Shown here piece after piece: positions 20,860 through 30,404 of a DNA stretch of 64,000 nucleotides. The notes under the pieces are model-generated. The model had not been told where the DNA came from and searched no databases. It saw nothing but the letters and a program-made list of their open reading frames with translations. A program made the position numbers and the translations under genes. The stretch covers positions 8,549-72,548 of the forward strand of contig JAJQAC010000018.1 of assembly GCA_021204025.1 (NCBI GenBank), read 5' to 3'. This stretch comes from Clostridiales bacterium. Lineage in GTDB: Bacteria > Bacillota > Clostridia > Lachnospirales > Lachnospiraceae. Position 1 is the first letter of the stretch; every line of letters starts with the position of its first letter.

Positions 20860-21105
20860 GAAGCCTTGTTATCGGCGAGCGATCTGCCTGTGAGCGCGTT
20901 TACACGTGGCGGTATACTCTATGACGTGTCGGTGACACGTCATAGAGTTAGGGGTAAGGTATTATAGGAACCTGCTGTGCAGAAACTTATGACTGAAGAG
21001 AATCGCCTCTTTTATTGGCAGTTATTGATGTAACTTTCGATAAGTTTATATATGCCAACAAAGTAGTCTCTGCGGATATTCTTCCCCCGCAGAGACGGAC
21101 ACTTC
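20860..21105. repeat. Composite hairpin repeat region (family shared with 63037..63480)
   Basis: Three modules recur. CTCTATGACGTGTC-GGT-GACACGTCATAGAG matches 63135..63165. TATTATAGGAACCTGCTGTGCAGAA is the reverse complement of 63337..63375. AACTTTCGATAAGTTTATATATGCCAACAAAGTAG + TCTCTGCGGATATTCTTCCCCCGCAGAGA matches 63228..63295. Confidence 0.85.
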
Positions 21106-21208
21106 GCAATAAATTGAAATTTTTGATAAGTTATAGTATTAGAAACCGGATAAATATGGCAGGATCTATTCATTTTCGAGACATTAAGACAGACAGGAGA
21201 TAAGAAAG

Positions 21209-22603
21209 ATGAATCAAACTCAGAGCCAGACAAGGACGAGATCCGGAGCGGTTGACATGATCAATGGTCCGATCCTTGGATCCCTGATTATTTTTGCGTT
21301 GCCGATTTTGGGATCCAATATTTTCCAGCAGCTTTATAACACGATGGATACGCTGATTGTGGGAAATTTTCTGGGGGATGTGTCGCTTGCAGCGATTGGA
21401 GTATGTACGCCGATTTATGACCTTTTGGTTGGATTTGGCCTGGGGATTGGAAATGGGCTGGCGATTGTCACGGCCAGAAGCTATGGATCCGGTGACCGGG
21501 AACTTCTGAAACGTTCGGTAGCGACGTCTGTAGTTATCGGGATTGCGGTTTCCGCTGTCCTTACTGTATTTGCGCAGATCTTTTTATATCCGCTGCTTCA
21601 GCTGTTAAATACCCCAGTTGAAATCATTGATGAGGCCTACAGTTATATCGTGACGATCACACGTTTTATTATCGTCATGTTTGCTTATAATCTGTGCGCG
21701 GGCCTGTTGAGGGCAGTAGGAAACAGTTTTATGCCGTTGATTTTTCTGGTATTTTCTTCCTGCGTTAATATCGTACTTGATATTTTCTTTATTACGAAGC
21801 TGAACATGGGAGTGCGGGGCGCAGCTATCGCAACGGTAATCGCACAGGGGATTTCAGTCGCACTTTGCATCGTCTATATCGCGCGGAAAAGCCGGATTCT
21901 GGTGCCGGAGAAAAAAGACTTTGCGGTAGATAGCGGGTTGTATTGCGAAATGCTTGGCCAGGGATTCTCAATGGGTTTTATGAGCAGTATTGTCTCGGCA
22001 GGTTCTGTGATTCTGCAGTATGGGATCAACGGGCTCGGTTATTTGACGATTGCCGGTCATACGGCGGCGAGAAAACTCTATTTATTCAGTATTATGCCGG
22101 TCAGTGCGATGTCGATGGCATTTTCGACATTTGTGTCGCAGAACCGGGGAGCTGACCGAGGAGATCGTATTATCCGGGCGACGAAGGTTGTTTATCTGTA
22201 TTCTGTGGTCGTGACAGTACTGATTACGGCAGTTACGTGGGTATTTTCCCCGATGCTGGTGCGGGTGGTTTCTGGTTCGAGTGAACCGGTTGTGTTGGAA
22301 AATGCCGTGAATTATCTGCGGTTTTGCTCGCCTTTTTACGCGGTACTGGGGTGGCTTGGTTCCACGCGCAATGCCCTGCAGGGGCTTGGACAGAAGCTGC
22401 TTCCGTTGGTATCCAGTGTAATTGAATTAGTGGGGAAAATCTTATTTGTTGTGATTTTGATTCCGCGCTTTGCTTATGCAGCGGTTATCCTGTGCGAGCC
22501 GGTGATCTGGTGTGTGATGACGGCGCAGCTGGTTTATTCGTTTGTCCACAATCCTTATATCCGGGAGTGGAACAGCAGGGTAAAGGACGGGAAGTGCTTA
22601 TGA
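21209..22603 (+). CDS. MATE-family efflux transporter (1 of 4 in window)
   Basis: 464 aa, 12-TM profile, with the typical MATE N-terminus (PILGSNIFQQLYNTMDTLIVG). Its stop overlaps the next gene's ATG (ATGA). Confidence 0.88.
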   Translation: MNQTQSQTRTRSGAVDMINGPILGSLIIFALPILGSNIFQQLYNTMDTLIVGNFLGDVSLAAIGVCTPIYDLLVGFGLGIGNGLAIVTARSYGSGDRELLKRSVATSVVIGIAVSAVLTVFAQIFLYPLLQLLNTPVEIIDEAYSYIVTITRFIIVMFAYNLCAGLLRAVGNSFMPLIFLVFSSCVNIVLDIFFITKLNMGVRGAAIATVIAQGISVALCIVYIARKSRILVPEKKDFAVDSGLYCEMLGQGFSMGFMSSIVSAGSVILQYGINGLGYLTIAGHTAARKLYLFSIMPVSAMSMAFSTFVSQNRGADRGDRIIRATKVVYLYSVVVTVLITAVTWVFSPMLVRVVSGSSEPVVLENAVNYLRFCSPFYAVLGWLGSTRNALQGLGQKLLPLVSSVIELVGKILFVVILIPRFAYAAVILCEPVIWCVMTAQLVYSFVHNPYIREWNSRVKDGKCL

Positions 22604-24564
22604 CGAACCGGGAGATCATGGGTCTTTACAGTATGCTTTTGGATGGTGAATACATAACGGCAGAGACGATAGCTCAGACATTGCATGTGAGCAGCAGGAC
22701 AGTGAGAAACCAGATGAAAAATCTGAACAGTGTTCTTTCCTCCTATGACATTGTGGTGGAATCCAAGCACGGGGTCGGATATCGTATGATAGCCGGTGAT
22801 GCAAAGAAACGCCGCGAATTTGAGGAAATGCTCTGGGATCGGGAGCGACAGCATACGGTAGTCCCTAATTCATCCGGAGAGAGAGTGGCCTATCTGACCG
22901 ATTATCTGTTGAAAGAGGATGAGTACGTCCGACTGGATGATCTGAGCGACCTGCTTTATATATCAAAGAAAACTCTGACCGGTAATCTGAAAGAAGTAGA
23001 ATCGCTGCTGGGAGAATATCGTCTGACGTTAAGTAGAAAGCCGAATCATGGCCTTAAGGTGGAGGGAAGTGAATTTGACCGCAGGCTTTGTATTGCGGAA
23101 ATCTCCCGGACGAGGCAGGCGCCCGCATGGCAGTTGTGGGAGGAACACGGTCAGAACGAAAAAAAACAGTGGATTGAGGATTGCATCCATGATTGTCTTT
23201 CCCGTTATCCTTATATTATCGCCAATATCGCTTATCAGGATCTGGTGCTTCATATTGAAATCGCAGTCAGACGAATGCTGGCGGGACATTATATTGAAAA
23301 TAGCGAAGGTGAATCCGTCAGGATCACGGATCCGATCTCCTGGCAGATGGCAGGGGATATCCTTTCTGCGATCGCAGAGCGCTATCCGTTCCGGGTTTTG
23401 GATGGCGAGATTGAATCAGTCGCGCTTCACCTGGAGGCAAAGAAAACGCTGCAGGATGTGCTGCCAGAGGACAGCCAGGGAGATTATGTAGTTGTCAGCG
23501 AAGAGATCGACGAGCTGATTGAATGCATGTTGAGTTCTGTGTATTCGGCATTTCGCTTTGATTTTTCTTCAGATCTGGAACTGGCAGTCATGCTCCGACG
23601 CCATCTGGTACCGATGATCGTGCGCCTGCAGCATGGAATGCGTATCTCGAATCCTCTGCTGACAGAGATCCGGCAGCAGTATGCGCTGGCGTTTACGATG
23701 GCTACTACAGCCTGTATGGTATTAAACCACAAGTATCATACGGTAGTGAGAGAGGATGAGATCGGGTATATTGCGTTATTATTCGCTCTGGCGCTGGAAC
23801 GTAAACGGACCGAAATCGCGAAGAAAAATATCCTGCTGGTCTGTGCGTCGGGACAGAGCAGTTCACAGCTGCTGCGGTACCGTTACCAGACCGAGTTTGG
23901 CTCATATATCAACTGGATCGACGTGTGCGACATCGGACAGCTCGGGAGTTATGATTTCAGTGATATTGATTATATTTTTACGACTGTGCCGATCCCGATG
24001 AAAGTGCCGGTGCCAGTGCAGGAGATTAAATATTTCCTTAAGAGTTCTCATATGTCGGCGGTCCGCAGGGCGCTGCGGGGGAGTTATGACCATACGATCA
24101 GGGAAATCTACCGGGAAGAGCTTTTCCTGACGCACAGAGATTTTCGCTCGAAGAAGGAAGCACTCCGGATTATGTGCGACTATGTCAGAGAGCATGGCTA
24201 CGCCGGTGAGAATCTGTTTCCGTCCGTCTGCGCACGGGAAGAAATTGCGAGAACTGCTTTTGGCAATCTTGCCGCAATGCCACATCCGCTTGAAATTATG
24301 AGCGAGCGTCCGTTTGTCTGTGTCGCGCTTCTTGACCGGCCGGTTCTGTGGATTGAGGATGACCCATCGAGTCTGGTACAGGCGATTTTCCTGGTTTCCG
24401 TGGCAAATGTAAAAAATTACGATGTGCAGAAATTTTACCAGGTGACTGCCCGGCTGCTGATGGATGAGAGCAGTATGAAGGAATTGCTCCGGGGACAGGA
24501 TTATGAGACTCTTTGCCGGCTTCTGGGAAGAGAAGAAAGCCGGGTCGACGAGGAGGAAGGTTAA
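22600..24564 (+). CDS. LicR/MtlR-type PRD-domain transcriptional regulator (HTH + PRD + EIIB-like + EIIA-like)
   Basis: The start MTNREIMGLY at 22600 overlaps the MATE stop. N-terminal wHTH (TIAQTLHVSSRTVRNQM), PRD regions, an EIIB-like ILLVCASGQSSSQ, and a C-terminal EIIA(Mtl/Ntr)-like domain with AMPHP. Confidence 0.82.
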   Translation: MTNREIMGLYSMLLDGEYITAETIAQTLHVSSRTVRNQMKNLNSVLSSYDIVVESKHGVGYRMIAGDAKKRREFEEMLWDRERQHTVVPNSSGERVAYLTDYLLKEDEYVRLDDLSDLLYISKKTLTGNLKEVESLLGEYRLTLSRKPNHGLKVEGSEFDRRLCIAEISRTRQAPAWQLWEEHGQNEKKQWIEDCIHDCLSRYPYIIANIAYQDLVLHIEIAVRRMLAGHYIENSEGESVRITDPISWQMAGDILSAIAERYPFRVLDGEIESVALHLEAKKTLQDVLPEDSQGDYVVVSEEIDELIECMLSSVYSAFRFDFSSDLELAVMLRRHLVPMIVRLQHGMRISNPLLTEIRQQYALAFTMATTACMVLNHKYHTVVREDEIGYIALLFALALERKRTEIAKKNILLVCASGQSSSQLLRYRYQTEFGSYINWIDVCDIGQLGSYDFSDIDYIFTTVPIPMKVPVPVQEIKYFLKSSHMSAVRRALRGSYDHTIREIYREELFLTHRDFRSKKEALRIMCDYVREHGYAGENLFPSVCAREEIARTAFGNLAAMPHPLEIMSERPFVCVALLDRPVLWIEDDPSSLVQAIFLVSVANVKNYDVQKFYQVTARLLMDESSMKELLRGQDYETLCRLLGREESRVDEEEG

Positions 24565-24574
24565 CCGGATTGAA

Positions 24575-24616
24575 AAGAAAGCCACCTCCGGCAATGAGCC
24601 GGAAGGTGGCTTTTTG
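24575..24616. terminator. Bidirectional terminator between the convergent regulator and GH1 genes
   Basis: GCCACCTCCGGC (24581..24592) pairs with GCCGGAAGGTGGC (24598..24610). It has an A-tract upstream and TTTTT downstream. Confidence 0.8.
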
Positions 24617-24636
24617 GATATCATTGAGTTACCGGA

Positions 24637-26160
<1,524 letters not shown>

Positions 26161-26509
26161 TCACGTTGCAGTTATTTTTTTCACTATTTATTATAGTAAA
26201 TAACCGGAAAAAATTCAATGACTTGTTTTGTGAATGTGAATAAGCAGTATTTCCATAAATGAAGAAAATGTGGCCGGGCGATATTTGCGAATCCGACAAA
26301 ATATACAGGAAAATACGCAGGATGAATGAGCAGATCAACCAGAAAAAAATCTGTACCGGCAGAAATAAATGGAAATATTTTTCCGCATTAGAAGCGGAAA
26401 AACCAGGCATGGAGTTTGAGTAAGAGGAGTGTTAAGATAATGTTATAAGTTATACGTAGCCGGACGAACACGCGCGTCCGGAAAAGAAAAGTTTAGGAGG
26501 AATACCATT

Positions 26510-27835
26510 ATGGGTGAAAGTATCATGAATGCCTTTCTTAGCGTAGCGATGAAGATTCAGTCCCAGAGACATATCTCCGCCATTAAGAATGGTTTCACCA
26601 CTCTGTTACCTATCATTATCGTAGGCTCGTTCTGTACCCTGTTTTCCAGCGTAGTCTGCAGCACCACTCCGGGTTACCTGAGCCTGGCAAACATTCCGGG
26701 ACTCAGCTTCCTGCATGCGCTGGACCCGATGTTTACAGCGGCAAACTACGGTTCCATGTCGATGCTGGCAATCGGCGCCTGTATTCTGATTTCCATGGAA
26801 CTTTCCCAGAATATGCTGGGCAAGGCTGACTGGTCCGTGCCGGTTACTGCAATCGCCTGCTATATTTCTCTGGTGGCTAATGTGATCCCGTGGTCCGCAA
26901 CGGCTGCTTCCGGCGAGGTTCTGGAGGGTACCGTATCCGGACTTGCTGCTTCCGTTACCAATGCACAGGGTCTGTTCGTTGCCATGTTGAGTGCACTGGT
27001 TTCAACTGAGATTTACTGCCGTCTGGTTCTGAGCGGCAAACTGGAGATCCATATGCCGGACTCCGTTCCGTCGAACGTGGCAGGTTCTTTCAGTATCCTG
27101 TTCCCGTGCTGTCTGACCGTATTTATCGTATCCGGTTTTGGTCTGCTCTTCACATCCGTTACCGGTATGACCGTGCCGGCAGCCATCATCCGGTTCATCC
27201 AGACGCCTCTGGCCGGCGTTATGGGTTCATGGCAGGGCTACTGCATCTTGATTCTGATGACCAACATCCTGTGGCTGTTTGGTATTCATGGTAGTCAGAC
27301 GCTGAAAGGTATCTATGAGCCGTTTATGCTGGCGGCATTTGCTGAGAATGAAGCGGCTTATGCAGCCGGTCTGTCTGAGATCCCGACGATCATTAACACA
27401 CCGTTTATGAGCTGCTTCGGTACGATTACCGGTGCCGGCGTTACCGGCGGACTGCTGATCGCGATTATGCTCTTCTCCAAGAGAGAGGATTACCGCGCAA
27501 TCGCAAAACTGGCGATCCCCTGCGGAATTTTCAATATCAATGAGCCGCTGACCTTTGGTCTCCCGATCGTTATGAACCCGTTACTGGCGATTCCGTTCTG
27601 TCTGGCTCCGCTGGCATCTAACCTGATCGGTTACTTTGCGACAGCAGCCGGTTTCTGCGGACGGATGGTTGTAAACGCGCCGTGGACGACGCCTCCGGTT
27701 CTGATGGCGTTCCTGTCTTCCGGCGGCAGTGTGGGCGCTGCAATTACCCAGCTGGTGGTTATTCTGGTAGCTGCTGTGATCTATACACCATTTGTAATCG
27801 CTGCAAACAGCCAGGCTCCGGCAGAAGAAGATTAA
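26510..27835 (+). CDS. PTS lactose/cellobiose-family EIIC permease
   Basis: 441 aa polytopic protein with the IIC(Lac/Cel) N-terminus (AIKNGFTTLLPIIIVGSF) and NINEPLTFGLPIV. AGGAGG RBS. Confidence 0.88.
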   Translation: MGESIMNAFLSVAMKIQSQRHISAIKNGFTTLLPIIIVGSFCTLFSSVVCSTTPGYLSLANIPGLSFLHALDPMFTAANYGSMSMLAIGACILISMELSQNMLGKADWSVPVTAIACYISLVANVIPWSATAASGEVLEGTVSGLAASVTNAQGLFVAMLSALVSTEIYCRLVLSGKLEIHMPDSVPSNVAGSFSILFPCCLTVFIVSGFGLLFTSVTGMTVPAAIIRFIQTPLAGVMGSWQGYCILILMTNILWLFGIHGSQTLKGIYEPFMLAAFAENEAAYAAGLSEIPTIINTPFMSCFGTITGAGVTGGLLIAIMLFSKREDYRAIAKLAIPCGIFNINEPLTFGLPIVMNPLLAIPFCLAPLASNLIGYFATAAGFCGRMVVNAPWTTPPVLMAFLSSGGSVGAAITQLVVILVAAVIYTPFVIAANSQAPAEED

Positions 27836-27867
27836 TTGGTATAATATTTATTTGACGAGGTGTTACA

Positions 27868-28179
27868 TTGAGCTCTAAGTCCACAAAGAAAAAATCCAAG
27901 ATGAGGGATTTTCGTCTTGTTAAAAAAGAAAATATGAGTGAACGCAACCAGGCGCTGATGGATGAACTGAACAAAGATACCGGAGACTGGGAGCGATTTA
28001 AAACTGTCTTTTCCAAATGGCGTTTTATCACCTATTTCTGGATTGTATTTTTACCGCCTTACGGCCTCTATCGCGTGTGGTCAAAGGAGACGACATTTTA
28101 TAAGTCGGAAAAGTACTGCTGGACTTTTATGATCATCGTATACATGGTTTATTTTGCGTATCATTTTGTAGTACAATAA
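27868..28179 (+). CDS. Small hypothetical membrane protein embedded in the PTS operon
   Basis: 103 aa from a TTG start (or ATG at 27901). Lys-rich N-terminus and two C-terminal hydrophobic helices. I recognise no family. Confidence 0.4.
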   Translation: MSSKSTKKKSKMRDFRLVKKENMSERNQALMDELNKDTGDWERFKTVFSKWRFITYFWIVFLPPYGLYRVWSKETTFYKSEKYCWTFMIIVYMVYFAYHFVVQ

Positions 28180-28202
28180 ATATTTAGGAGGAAATGAGAC
28201 CT

Positions 28203-28502
28203 ATGGATGAGATGCAGGTAATGACTCTCGTGGTAAACAGCGGAAACGCAAGAAGCCTTGCTCTGGAAGCTCTGTCCGATGCGAAAGATGGCAAATTTGA
28301 AGATGCGGAAGCAAAACTTGCCGAGGCAGATAAGGTTCTTCTGGACGCTCATGAGATTCAGACAGAACTGATTCAGAAGGAACTGAACGGAGAGGGTATC
28401 AATGTGAGCCTTCTGGTTGTTCATTCTCAGGATCATCTGATGACCGCAATGCTTTGCCTTGATCTGGTGAAGCAGCTGGTAGCGATTCTGAAGACGAAAT
28501 AA
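28203..28502 (+). CDS. PTS lactose/cellobiose-family EIIA
   Basis: The three-helix EIIA(Lac) signature is present (SGNARSLALEAL...AEADKVLLDAHEIQTELI, HSQDHLMTA). The ATG at 28203 has better spacing to AGGAGG (28186..28191) than the ORF-track start at 28194. Confidence 0.85.
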   Translation: MDEMQVMTLVVNSGNARSLALEALSDAKDGKFEDAEAKLAEADKVLLDAHEIQTELIQKELNGEGINVSLLVVHSQDHLMTAMLCLDLVKQLVAILKTK

Positions 28503-28637
28503 TTCGGAGATCGTATCGTTATTTTAAGTAAGACGTAACCATTCAGGGCGGTTATTGGATTGTAGTGGAATATGGAGAATAGACCGCCTGGGATTGTTGC
28601 AGTTTAGAAAAAGTATAAAGAAAGGAAATTGATTATT

Positions 28638-28940
28638 ATGAGAAAGATCGTTTTACTGTGTGCAGCAGGTATGTCCACCAGCTTACTGGTTAGCAAGATG
28701 AAACAGGCGGCGGCTGATGAAGGTTATGAGACCGACATCGCTGCATATCCGGTAGCTACCGCTAAGGATCACAAGGATGCTGATATCATCCTCCTTGGCC
28801 CGCAGGTTCGTTTCGCTAAGAAGCAGGTACAGGGCGAAGTTGGCGACGGCGTGATCGTTCAGGATATCGAGATGCAGGCTTATGGCACCATGAACGGTAA
28901 GAAGGTTATCGCTCAGGTTAAGAAGGCTCTGGGTGACTGA
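28638..28940 (+). CDS. PTS lactose/cellobiose-family EIIB
   Basis: MRKIVLLCAAGMSTSLLVSKM carries the active-site Cys loop. The protein is about 100 aa. Confidence 0.88.
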   Translation: MRKIVLLCAAGMSTSLLVSKMKQAAADEGYETDIAAYPVATAKDHKDADIILLGPQVRFAKKQVQGEVGDGVIVQDIEMQAYGTMNGKKVIAQVKKALGD

Positions 28941-28971
28941 TTGCTGACAGACTGATTGATATGAGAGAAAA

Positions 28972-29000
28972 GAAAGCGGGCAGAGATGCCCGCTTTTTTA
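28972..29000 (+). terminator. Rho-independent terminator of the PTS operon
   Basis: AGCGGGC (28974..28980) pairs with GCCCGCT (28987..28993), followed by TTTTTT. Confidence 0.85.
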
Positions 29001-29147
29001 GTGGAAAGAGTATGAAATAAAAATTTCCGGCTTTTGCTGGACACGGTCTGTCCTTTGTTTGAATAATATTAAACGAGAGATACAGGGACTTGATAATCGG
29101 CACTGACAGACTGGTGAGAATCTACCTGCTCGTTTAGAAGCTGGATC

Positions 29148-29957
29148 TTACAAGATAAACCTTTCGATCACTTCCGCGATGGCGTCTTCATCATTGGTGG
29201 CGTTCGTGATGACATCGCAGAGTGGTTTCATATCTTCGGCGGTATTCTGCACGCCAATGCCGAGACCGGCGGCCTGGATCATGGAGAGATCATTGAAATT
29301 ATCCCCGATGGCGATGGTTTCTTCGCGTTTCACGCCAAGCATATCGGCGAGAGCGAGGAGACCGTTGCCTTTATTTACGCCCTGACGGTTAAATTCGATG
29401 TAGCGGTTGCTGGAAAAACTGACGTCGATATCCGTAGTAAGATCTGACAGGTCAGACTGGATCCTTTTCAGATATTGATAGTCCGTATTCATATAAAGGA
29501 TCTTTACGATATCCTGACCTTTGAGAAAGTCCAGAGAACGTTCTGAGGTTTCAATCATCGGCATGCGTCCTTTGACATATCGAAGTTCGTCTTCGACCAG
29601 ATTGTAAGCGTATACGTCGTCTCTGGTATAGGCGTGGATGCATACGTTATAATCCAGACCGCGCCGGTAGAGCTCGTCCGCTTTGGCAAAATCCAGTCCT
29701 TCCAGGCGAAGCAGGCGGCTGTCTTTGTTTTCCGTGATGGCTCCGCCGTTAAAAGAAATGACATATTCTCCCGGCAGATCATTCAGTCCAAGTTCGGTCA
29801 GAGTGCCGCCGACTGTGCGGTAGCCGCGCCCGGTTGCGAGGACAAATTTGACGCCAAGCGCGCGGGCTTTGGCGACTGCTTCGATATTTTTCTGAGAAAC
29901 CTTGCGCTCACTGTTGAGCAGAGTCTCGTCCAGGTCGCAGGCAATGATTTTATACAT
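29148..29957 (-). CDS. Cof-type HAD-IIB sugar phosphatase
   Basis: 269 aa with CDLDETLL motif I, ATGR, and the GDNFNDLSM motif IV. Confidence 0.88.
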   Translation of the reverse strand: MYKIIACDLDETLLNSERKVSQKNIEAVAKARALGVKFVLATGRGYRTVGGTLTELGLNDLPGEYVISFNGGAITENKDSRLLRLEGLDFAKADELYRRGLDYNVCIHAYTRDDVYAYNLVEDELRYVKGRMPMIETSERSLDFLKGQDIVKILYMNTDYQYLKRIQSDLSDLTTDIDVSFSSNRYIEFNRQGVNKGNGLLALADMLGVKREETIAIGDNFNDLSMIQAAGLGIGVQNTAEDMKPLCDVITNATNDEDAIAEVIERFIL

Positions 29958-30352
29958 GGGAATCCTCCTTGAAGTGGTAGCTGTATCTGTGGTTTGATTA
30001 TGAAGCCTTTTTCATTATAGCGAAAGAAAGAAAAATTGTCATCTATATTTAATTAAAAACCAGGAGAGGATACGGAAATAAATTTTTACTCTGGATGATT
30101 TATGGAAAAACAGAATGATTGGAAATTCTTTGTTATAAAAAACTTTATTGGGAGATTTATGAATATTGGAAAAATATGCGCCACGTTTCAGGCGCATATT
30201 TTTATGAAAATCGCCTGTTGAAATTATTCGTCCTTTTGTGATACAGTATACAAGAACCAAATAAGGGCAATAACGACACATGTAGCGCACGGCGCGTAAA
30301 TCTGATTACGGTACAGATGCGATACATGTAAGTTATGAAAGAGAAAATAACA

Positions 30353-30381
30353 GTACATGTATGTCTACATGTGCTTTTTTT
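30353..30381 (+). terminator. Leader terminator/attenuator immediately upstream of the MATE-kinase fusion gene
   Basis: GTACATGTA (30353..30361), loop TGTC, then TACATGTGC (30366..30374) and TTTTTTT. It ends 24 nt before the ATG at 30405. Confidence 0.6.
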
Positions 30382-30404
30382 GTCCGTAAAACAGGAGGAC
30401 ATCA

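Noticed and set aside
28560-28612. RAT-like antiterminator target (GGGATTGTTGCAG) between PTS IIA and IIB
   Set aside because: Only the first half resembles the LicT/BglG RAT consensus and the second half (GCAGGCAAAACC-like) is absent. The local regulator has an HTH (LicR type), not a CAT RNA-binding domain.
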